64,000 nt of DNA from contig JAAOMT010000608.1 of the NCBI GenBank assembly GCA_016748015.1, positions 62,001-126,000 on the forward strand, written 5' to 3'. How positions within the stretch are numbered: the first letter of the stretch is position 1; each line of letters begins with the position of its first letter. This document shows positions 38,661-49,711 of this stretch, piece after piece. The position numbers and the translations under genes are program-made. The DNA comes from Geosiphon pyriformis uo1. Taxonomy: Eukaryota; Fungi; Glomeromycota. The notes below the pieces were generated by a model. The model ran no database searches, was not told where the DNA came from, and saw nothing but the letters and a program-made list of their open reading frames with translations.

Positions 38661-39176
38661 GATATAAAAAAGGTTGTCTAACTAAAATTGGGTTGTAAGG
38701 AAAAGAATTCATTATTGATTTTTGAAATGTCCTTTCAAGACGTCCTTTCTGGGAAGGGTCAAAGTGACAAGAAATTCTGATTTTTTTAGAGTTTTATGAA
38801 TGCATCCTTATAGTTCAAAGGGTTAATTTGCAGATAATGCTAAGTCTTTTAAAATATATAAAAAAAACATTCTCAATTTGAGCCAGATGCATCGGGAGGG
38901 GACAGATTATTAGGAAAATTAAATTTTTAAAAAAAAATTTAAGAAATTACGTTTATAAGTTTATATATCGTGATTTCCTAATAATCAAGGTTTCAAATAT
39001 TGCTTTTCTTTGGTAGCATATTACTCAGATGAGTTTAAACTGATATTATGAACGATGATTTTGGATAATCTCTTTGACATTGCAAAATAGCATCTTTTAA
39101 AAAAAGGAATACTGAAGTCATATACAAGGCTAAATTAAAAGATTATAAACTAGGTTTCTGGATTCATAGATTTAAA

Positions 39177-40635
39177 TCAAGCCGGAGATGGAGAAGCATC
39201 ACAAATATCAAATGAAATTCCAAAATAGGTTTTAGACTCATTTGGCCCCTTTGAAGAAGGTTTATTGATACATTCCTTGAGAAAATAAAAAATTCCAAAT
39301 GAATTTCAATTTGTCAGCAAAATATTGTCATTTTAAGAATGCATTAGTCTAAAGCAAAAAACTTTACCTTGCTTTCACCAGCCTCATCTCCCGAAGTACA
39401 AAAATAAGCTGAGTCGGAAGTTTTAAACCAAATCTCAGTTCCACTATGAACATACTTTTCCCCCTCATATTCGACTGGTCGTCTTGGGGTTGGATCGTGA
39501 CCAAGGGTAATCCGATAGACTGTGGCTACTTGATTAAGAGCCCTTGCGAATTCTACATTGCCGACGCGCGGTTGCCCGATAGTGATAATATTTATATTTA
39601 TATTCTTGCCGACTTTCGGAGCAAGTGAAAGTCCGAGTAACTGTGCGAAAACTGATCAACAAATCAATTTTTAAAATTTTTTTAAAATTGAATCAGTTTT
39701 CAAAAAATCTCACTTACTGCCACTGTAAGTAAATCCGATCAAGTCAATTGTTTTGATTTCATTATTTAAAAAGGTCTTTAAAATGTTGTCAGAAGCACCA
39801 CGCGCAGCTCTGCTGAAACGTTTATAAAAGGCAGCGTTGACTTTGGCCCCTGATATACCCGGGTAAGGAATAAAACTGTTGTTGTTTTGAATAAATTCAT
39901 CTTTCATTTTATCATCATAAACCGCAAAAGCTAATAGCAATCTTGTGCTCTCTGTGTTTACTGATAAACCTGTCAGGAATTAGATATGTTATTTCGAATT
40001 TTCCAGAGTATATGTACATAAAAATATTATCGAGAAAAGAATTGACCGCTAATTGTTTCATCATGGATTTTTGTCTGACAAATTACATTCTTTTCAATAT
40101 TTAAATATTGTTTAAATGTCTCGCTTTCTTCTGGGGTAATGGGCCGGAAGGTATATGCATTGGATATTTGATTCGGGACGAGTTCTTGATCATCACTTGA
40201 AAATGGGTTTCGAGCCATATTATTGTCATTTTGCCAAGTTGGTGTATTAGCATTATAATTTAAATTTTCGTACGTATTCCAATTCTCAAATTTAAACTCC
40301 AAAGGCGAAAACCTAGACATTGATTCAATTTTGGGATAAAATTTTTCCGAATCTTTTGCTTTTTCGATTAAATCAAAACCCTCATCAAGATTTGATAGAG
40401 TATTGCTGTCGGGGAGTTTTAGTTGGATATCAAAGTCATTCGTTAAAGCAATTGGGTATAAAGGAGTTTGGCTATTCATATCAGGAATGCCAGGAATTTG
40501 ATAATCAATTGTAGTTTGACGTTGAGTGATTGAGCTGATAGGCGTTGCTTTGGCAAAAAAATTCAAGGAAAAAAATGTACCAAAAATTAGAAAGAAAACA
40601 TGATGCTTTGGCGAACTCAAACTTCGGTCTTTCAT
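39177..40635 (-). CDS. Secreted lipase_3 (class 3) fold protein, non-canonical active site (GFTYSG; catalytic His apparently absent), 4 exons
   Basis: Hydrophobic leader and acidic pro-region, then PYPG..GAKVN, IDLIGFTYSG, ITIGQPRVGN..FA, RITLGHDPTP, YVHSGTEIW, C..GESK|ECIN, TYFGISFDIC. Confidence 0.88.
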
Positions 40636-43016
40636 TTTATTTTTAGAGAGGACGTTTTGTTCTGCTAGTAAAAACCTCTTTATGGTTGGTCTCATTAAAA
40701 CAATTTGAAAAAGAAAAATTGTTAATTATTCTATGAGATTTTTTGCATGTATTTATGGAAGCTATTATCGTCCGATTCCGGAATTTCTTCTGTTAAACAA
40801 ACAAAAATAGTCGTCTTCCTGATATGATAAATGTTTTTACGAATCTATTGAAAAAAAATTTTCATGTGGCGAAAAATGGAGTTTATTAATTTTGGATAAA
40901 ACAGTTTACATGAGGAGTTTTAATCAAATTTCGTGTTTTTTTAACTTAACTTTTTTGGCTTTATCACTTCATTAAAATATATTTTTCCTCCAATTGAAAA
41001 CCTATTTTCAATACAAACATAATAATTTTATCTTTTGACTTATCAAACTTATTTTAAAACTTAGCTTATCTCATGTAAACACATTAGATCAAAGATTTTT
41101 ATAAAGGAATACATTCGGTCTTTTGATTATACTTTATAATAAGAATAGTGACGAAAAAAAATGGGTTTTCTTAATGTATGTACAAATAATCTTTTTTTTT
41201 TATTCAAAAAAGTACGCTTTTCAAAAGTTTTGTTTTACTTTTTTTTAAAATGATATAAGGCTTGATAATTTCTTTGTATTTAAAGTTAGACAGAACTAAA
41301 ATCTTTACATTTTTTCCTTAAAGATTTCGATTCATTCTGAAAAAAACTTTCACACTTTTACTATTGTTGTAATAACAAAATAACCAATAGCATATTTTTC
41401 AGAAGTGCTAAATATGAAAAGTAATAATTTATTTCAGAGAGTAAACAAAATATAATATCTTGTTATTTTTATATATATTCTTATATTTTCTGGATCAACT
41501 TTTGTTTAAAATGGCTTTTGAATACTTATTATCAAAAATAATTTTTATAATCATTGTTTTTTACAATTTTTCATAAAACCAACATTTTTTCACATCCAAA
41601 ATTATTAGAGAGTTAATTTATTCAAGATAATAAATTTATCCTATGAAATGGTTTATTATTGAAAATTGCTCAAAATACAAAAGTATTTTGATAAAATTTT
41701 TGAAAATATTGAAAATAATTAAATATAAACAATATTGTAACAAATAAATTTTTACATAGAATGAGTATTACAATTATAACTGATTAAATTAAAATATTCA
41801 TTGTTTTTGATGTTAAACAATTAATTTATTAAGATTTAAAATAGAAATAATATTACTTATATAATTATTAAATGTATTGAAAGCATTATTGAATACAAAC
41901 TATAAAAGCATTTTTGAATAAAAACACATTCCAAGCTGAACCAAAATTAATATTCCAATCGATTTCCAAATAATTAATAATAATAATAATTTCTCAAAAA
42001 ACAATAAAATTAATTCTGTTTTACTTAATTATATTTATTTTAATTAAAAATATTATCAGATTTCTTTATAAGAATTCAAATAATACTATTTTTTTTTTTA
42101 AGCTATAAAGTTTTACTGAGTATTACTAAATTTTATTGAATTTTAATTAATGTTGTTAAATTTTATTGAAAATTTTTTGAAAAATTATAGACTTCAGTTA
42201 AAAATTAATTGGTTCGTTGTTTTAATGTATATATGATTTAATTCATATATTAATTTTTGTATTTTTAAATAATTTAAAAATTGTAATGACAACAATTAGA
42301 ATAATTGTGGATTTAAATAATAATGATAAATTTCCATTTTTATGAATTAAATGCAATGAATAAATTAAATAAAAAAAAACAAGTTAAATATGATAAGTTA
42401 TTTAATTAAAAAATCACTTTTAAAGATAATAATTTTAATTTGATCAAAAATTTGAAGGTTAAGAAATAATTTGTGAATATAAAAACTAAATAACATTATT
42501 AATAAAATTTAATGCTTTAATTAAAAACCATCAATTTTTTGTAAAAGCAATTTTTTTATAATATTTAAATTCAAATTTAATATAATAATTATTGACCCAA
42601 GTCTTCAAATAGAAAATTTGTAATAAAAAAGCTGATAATATTACAATTGATTTTCTCAAGATTTAAGTGAAATAGAAAACTCCATAAAAGTAATAAAATC
42701 TCACATATTGCAGCTTTAAGAAAGATAGGTTACCTCTATAAAGTATTTCTTCTCCAACTTCAAACACGGGTATAAAAACATACACATAGAGTACCAAACT
42801 TTTACCAAATAGAGAGGAAATGAAAATCCCTTTAAAGACCTCGCGGAGGATTCATTAGTTATACATAACAATAAATAAATAAAAAACGAATGAATGAATG
42901 AAAAGGATTATTAGCAAAATAATACGATTATAAAGAGAATCTCACTTGCCTGAAAAATTCTTTGCCAAAGAACAATCACTCATAAAATAGCCTAGCGCGT
43001 TATTAACATAGTGAAT

Positions 43017-44488
43017 ATGATGAAGCTCTTATTAGGTTCCTCTAAAAATATAAAGATTTTCATTAAATCTGTTTTATATTTGATATTTTTTAACTTTTTA
43101 ACCAACGCCACCCCTATAAACTCAGTTACTCGAGGTGAAACTGCAGTTGCTTATCAAGTACCTAGTGTTCTTGAAATAAATGATGAATCTCCATACCCAA
43201 AGAATCCAATGAATAACTTTGATTTCTATGAGCCAGAATCTTCCCAGCTAAAATTCACCGACGATAAATATAATAATGATGGATTTCATTTCGATTATAA
43301 TGAGATCGATACAACGGCTATGTCTTCAGTTTTAGAGTTAGATTTCAAGAATTGGAACACAACCCAGAATCCATATTTCGATGAAGATACGTTAATTAAT
43401 AATATAGCCCAAAACCCCTTTTCGAGTCCTAGTAGTTTAGAACTCCAAGAATTGATCCCGACTCTAATATCTAGTGCACAAATTCCCCGACTAATTACCG
43501 AGGATAAAATAAAGGAATATAAAACCTACCTTGGTTATCAGAAGGATGTTTTTTGTCGAAGTCAAATTGATCAGGGTAGAACACCAATTCACGGTAAATT
43601 GATTTTGAATAAAATTTCACTTTCTATATATATATTGGATAAATTAATTCAAAATAATATGCTTCATTTCAACAGGTGTTATCGTTGAAATAGACAGTCA
43701 CACCATATTATTTGTTTTTTCGGTCTTTGCAGATAGTTTCGTGCGCCCAACTACCGGATCTGGCACCAAGCTTGTTCCATACCCAGGTGAATCCGGAGCG
43801 AAAGTGAACGCTAAGATTTATAATTCTTGGGGCAATTTAGGCAAGAGAATTGGCAAGACAATTCGGAATTCGTTATCAGAGAGCATCAAAACAATTATTT
43901 TAATGGGATTCTGTTATAGTGGCAGTAAGTTTAGAATGTTCTAATATCAAGATTATTTCTAATTTGTAAATTACTAACTTACTTAAAATAATTTTTTTTA
44001 ACAAGTGCTAGCCCAGTTTATCGCGCTTGAACTTAGCCAGAAACTTCAAAAAGACATAAATATAAAAGTAATCACTCTCGGGCAACAACGTCTTGGCAAT
44101 GCAAAATTTGCACTGGCCGTTAACAAAGTGGCCACAGTCATTCGTCTTACCTATGGTCATGATCCAGTGCCAAGGCAGCCAGCTGAGTATCAATCGGATA
44201 AGTATGTTCATAGTGGAACTGAAATTTGGACCAAGTCACCAGGCTCATTTTATAATTGTTCTTCCGGAAACGAGGATTATGAAAGCAAGGTATTTGATGA
44301 TTCTTGTTTTATCTCAAAACTTTGATATAAAAAAAAATTTTTTATAAATTTAATTTCAATTTTTTGCTGTCCCTAAGGATTGTATAAATAAGGATCCTGC
44401 AAAAACTTCAAAAGACCATTTCGGTTCTTATCTCGGGGTCTCGTTCGGTAACTGCGACGATTCAAATTCTAAGTCATCACCTTCTTAA
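43017..44488 (+). CDS. Secreted lipase_3 (class 3) fold protein with Cys at the nucleophile elbow (GFCYSG), 4 exons
   Basis: Paralogue of 39177-40635 with the same intron positions: IILMGFCYSG, ITLGQQRLGNAKFA, RLTYGHDPVP, YVHSGTEIW, KDHFGSYLG. Confidence 0.9.
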
Positions 44489-45455
44489 TGCAAGTTGACA
44501 TCTTTTAATAGTCAATTCTGATAATAACATAAATAATTTGTTTTAATGATTGATTTAATTAATACCATAAATAAGAAAATACTTTATTATTTAAGAAATT
44601 TTATTTTATCAAACAAATTGTTGGAATATTTCTTGCACTATTTTTTAAAAAAATCTGAGCTTTTATTTATATAATTAAATAACTGTTCAATTAATATAAA
44701 ACTAACATATTTTAAGCCAAAACCATATCTGTACATTTTTAAGTGAAACATTTTTGGTTTTAATTTGATAGCACATAATATTTTTTTATTCTAAATGGGT
44801 TTAATTTATTTAACTAACCTTCAATCTGTAAAAAAAAAATGAAATCCCTAGATTTATTATTAAAAAATAAAAATAAATAATTATTATTAATATATTGTTT
44901 TTAACTTGTGTCATTATTATGTATTTTGGTAAAAAGTTTTAATTAATTGTATTAACAATTAATATATAAAATGTAAAAATTGGAAAATTACAAGAATTTT
45001 CAATTATAATTAATGTTTATTGATCCACTAGAATATGCGCTACTAAGATTCTCTCGCTTCATAAAGAAGCAACAGTTTCGATAAAAAATTTTTCATCCAA
45101 ATATTTATTATTAGTAAAAGCTTAAAAGATATTAAGTGAACTAATTTGTAAACTTAAAACTTTTTGAACAAAATATAATGAAAAAAACCAGGTAAATTGT
45201 CAATTTTCCTTAAAAGACTCGATTTGGTGAAAACACTTGAGTTTGTAAAAAATTTTCACATCCCAAAATTTTTAATTCTTTCCAATTGATACCAATATAT
45301 CAAGGTTTCTAACAGTTTAAGCGAATCAAACAGGAAATAAAGAAGTTGCAAGCTGTTTTGTATTCTGGACAAAAAAACCTAATTTTTCAACGATAAGTTA
45401 CATTGAAATACTTTTTTTTGGTTATTAATTGCTTAAATAAATATTTTTAATAAAC

Positions 45456-47797
45456 TTATAGGTTGCATATACCCGTCCCAGTTAATTGCTTGACAGGATA
45501 CAACACCTTAGCCTCCCCATTAACATTCCCAATTTTAACAAATCCACTATCATCAACTGTAAACCGTTCATAACACCAAAGTACATTGACGACTTCAGTN
45601 NNNNNNNNNNNNNNNNNNNNNNNNNNNNNNNNNNNNNNNNNNNNNNNNNNNNNNNNNNNNNNNNNNNNNNNNNNNNNNNNNNNNNNNNNNNNNNNNNNNN
45701 NNNNNNNNNNNNNNNNNNNNNNNNNNNNNNNNNNNNNNNNNNNNNNNNNNNNNNNNNNNNNNNNNNNNNNNNNNNNNNNNNNNNNNNNNNNNNNNNNNNN
45801 NNNNNNNNNNNNNNNNNNNNNNNNNNNNNNNNNNNNNNNNNNNNNNNNNNNNNNNNNNNNNNNNNNNNNNNNNNNNNNNNNNNNNNNNNNNNNNNNNNNN
45901 NNNNNNNNNNNNNNNNNNNNNNNNNNNNNNNNNNNNNNNNNNNNNNNNNNNNNNNNNNNNNNNNNNNNNNNNNNNNNNNNNNNNNNNNNNNNNNNNNNNN
46001 NNNNNNNNNNNNNNNNNNNNNNNNNNNNNNNNNNNNNNNNNNNNNNNNNNNNNNNNNNNNNNNNNNNNNNNNNNNNNNNNNNNNNNNNNNNNNNNNNNNN
46101 NNNNNNNNNNNNNNNNNNNNNNNNNNNNNNNNNNNNNNNNNNNNNNNNNNNNNNNNNNNNNNNNNNNNNNNNNNNNNNNNNNNNNNNNNNNNNNNNNNNN
46201 NNNNNNNNNNNNNNNNNNNNNNNNNNNNNNNNNNNNNNNNNNNNNNNNNNNNNNNNNNNNNNNNNNNNNNNNNNNNNNNNNNNNNNNNNNNNNNNNNNNN
46301 NNNNNNNNNNNNNNNNNNNNNNNNNNNNNNNNNNNNNNNNNNNNNNNNNNNNNNNNNNNNNNNNNNNNNNNNNNNNNNNNNNNNNNNNNNNNNNNNNNNN
46401 NNNNNNNNNNNNNNNNNNNNNNNNNNNNNNNNNNNNNNNNNNNNNNNNNNNNNNNNNNNNNNNNNNNNNNNNNNNNNNNNNNNNNNNNNTTCATTCAAGA
46501 TATTGACAACTTGAGGGTTTTCTATATGTGGAATGGCAGAAAAGTGAATAAAATCCGAATATTTTTAGAGAATTCTAAAAGGGAAATATATTTACCTGTG
46601 TCCAGATCTGTTGCCAAAGAAAAGATTTAAGCAAATAAAGCAATTGATAATAATGGTTAGAATGAATTCTCATATATGAACTTTTCGGTATATAACTTAG
46701 AAATTTTATTTCTTTCACCTGGCAAAGGCAAGTCTTCTCCACCAAGACTACAATGCTCAACCTTATATTGGTTCTACGCAAGAAAAAATGTTTAAAGGTC
46801 GAAAATCTTGATCGCAGCCAAATTTCAATATCCTTACTTACATCCCAATCATTGCCGATCACACAATAATCATGATAATGGTTTGTACGGTTGAAAGGGA
46901 TGTACGATTCAACATACTGTTTGGTACCTGGTATGAGGCCTCGCTGTGGGCCCATGTGATTCCTATGATAAAAATATTTTAGTTGAACCAATTTGAAATT
47001 TTGTAAAAGAAGCAAAAATGTCTCTTGAATTGAGAATTATATTTACACACTCACGCGACAACATCAACCATCACCCAAATCCCTTTCTTATGAGCCTCAG
47101 CCACAAGCCGTTTCAGATCTTTTTTAGTACCAAAATGCTCATTGATTGTGTATAAGTCTTGGGCCCAGTCTAGTTGATTGACGGTTTAAACATGGGTACA
47201 AAATTAAGAGAACAAAAAATAAAATGATCATATAAATATTTTACATCCATGCCAGCCAACACCCCATTGCGTTTCTTTCTCGAATTGCTTTACCACCGGA
47301 CTAATCCATATAGCGTCAAATCCCTGGATATTGTAAATTCACACTTTAATACCTTCCCCCCATAGGTAAAAATTCAAAGGAAAAAGGATTTACTAAATCT
47401 TTGATATAATCCAACTTTTCCGCAATTCCCACAAATGTGCCACCACCTGAAAATATGAAAATCAAAGTTTCCAATATTTAAATTTTTTTTCATGAAAGCC
47501 AAATCTTATGTACATACAATATCGTCGAATTTCATATTCGTTCCTATTCGAAGCACACAAAGTGGTATTTTGATTTGATTTTGGCTGGGCGAAACGATCC
47601 GTTAACAATTGATAAATTGTACGATTGCGCCATTCTTCCGGTCCTCGCGAGAATTGATTCACAGGAAAGTTGGCTAGCTTAATACTTTGCTTGAATAGGT
47701 GTAGAGAGTACCCAGCATCGGAACCGAGAAAGTATGGTGTTAAAACCATAAAGATTAAAAGGAGGTTGGAGAGATGTTTGTTTCTTAGCAAAGGCAT
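45456..47797 (-). CDS. Secreted alpha-amylase, GH13 (Taka-amylase/GH13_1-like); middle part lost in the assembly gap
   Basis: Signal peptide; [63 protein letters not shown] (via 12-nt micro-exon 46596-46607); after the gap the typical C-terminus GEAKVLYPVKQLTGTGICNL*. Confidence 0.93.
45600..46489. other. Assembly gap (N run)
   Basis: 890 Ns; the long X-filled ORFs here are artefacts. Confidence 1.
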
Positions 47798-49661
47798 TCT
47801 TATGATGCCTCGGATTGGAATTTAATAATATTGTGGTCGACGGAAAGTTTTACGAATGAATTATTACCAGGTGTATTTTAAATTGTTAAAAAATATTCTA
47901 TATTTGTTTGTCAATAATGGCTTTACCAAAAGATTCTTATTTTATGCGTGATGGCTTTCGTTAAGCTGATCAATTTTCGGATTAAATGGAAAATTTTTAC
48001 TATTGTTAACCAACTATATGCTAAAATTTTGATTCGGAAAATTTAGTACTTAATTTAATTTATTACATCAATCTATGATCCAAAAATTATATACTTGAAC
48101 AAAATATTTGTTTAAATAGCTATGAAAAATTTATTTCATTAAAAATTTATCAATTTATGGGTAATTTTTTATATAAACAGTTTAAAAATATTTAATTTAA
48201 AATAAATATTAATTTTATATATATATTTTAAAATGAAATAAAAAACTTACTTTAATACAGTAAATAAATAATTTTAATATCATGTAATTGTAAATGAGTT
48301 AATTATATTCGGAAGAAAATAATAGTAATAATAATAATTAATAATAAATAATATTGATAAAAGACAAATGTTCTATATGATCCTAAACTTTATTCATGTA
48401 TTGCAACGAAAAAACCTTATATTTAAAATATATATACTTAAATAGTATGAAAAAAACCATGCATAATTAGGCAAAAATTAAAAATAATTATAAAAACTAA
48501 GAATTAGCAGTAGATTAAAGAAAATTTTGGTATTGGTTTTTTGTTATTTACTTTCAAAAGTGGATAAAATCTGTAATGATTTGAAAGTATCTTGTAAAAA
48601 GATTAAAAAAAGAATATAAAAAAAATAATTAAGAAAGATTAAAAAAAATAATACAAAAAATAATAATAAAGAAATCAATACCAATATTATTTTGAAGATT
48701 TAAAGTCACTGTTTTCAAAGAAGTTATTGCCTTAATACTAAGGAGGATTGAAGCAGTATTAAATTCAAATAGAAATCCGGCAAAATATAATTTTTTTATT
48801 TGATTTAAAAATTATTAAAAATAAAATAAAATCAGAATAGTATTATAGTTTTTGTGTTTAATTTTGAACCAAGCGTTACTATTTGGAAATGTTATACTTT
48901 TAAATTCAAAAATTTTACATTTATTTTTTAAGTTTATATCATATTAATTATTTTATATCAAATAAATTTATTTAGTTGAAGCTTTTAATGATATATATTT
49001 CACGTGGTTTTCTCCAATATACTGTAACCAACAAAATTATCATTTAATTATCACACACAGAGTATTGAAAGATGTTGTTCTAGAACTTTATAGCAAATCT
49101 TTAACAGAAAAAATTATTGCATTGCATGAATCAATATCGATCAATAAAAGATGTATTCAAGGAGATTTTATTTAAAAAAAAAAGGGGTTAATGAATCAAA
49201 ATATTTTTTTTTCATTCAAGCTGAGCAACAAATATCCTGCAAGAACACAGATTAAGAATATTGGCATAGAAAATTTTTTTTTAATCTTTGCAGCTTCAAT
49301 AATTCACTATTATTGTTCTCAATTGAAGATATGGATAAAAACGCAATATCCTATAACAATCAATGAAACTGCCACAAACCAGTTTGTATCGGAATTACTA
49401 TTTATTAAAAAATTTTATTATACCGTCATTCTACAAGAGTCACCGAGCAGAGAATCAGGAATACTGTACAGGAAATAAGTTGAGCGATTGCCTATTTTAT
49501 GTTTTGGACTTTGATTATCCAGATTCAAAAGAACTGAAAATCTTATATAAAATGAAATAAAAGATTGAGATTCTTTTAGGTAAGACTTACGTACTTTAAT
49601 CTTCTAAAAATTTTAATTTAATACATTTTCTTTATTTAATTTCATATTTTACACTATTCGT

Positions 49662-49662
<1 letters not shown>

Positions 49663-49700
<38 letters not shown>

Positions 49701-49711
49701 TATTATTATTA
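49663..49711. repeat. (AAT)n followed by (TTA)n microsatellite (inverted, hairpin-capable)
   Basis: AAT run directly followed by its reverse-complement run. Confidence 0.85.

Noticed and set aside
45482-46514. Long 299-342-aa ORFs
   Set aside because: Artefacts of the N gap; the flanks belong to the alpha-amylase in other frames.
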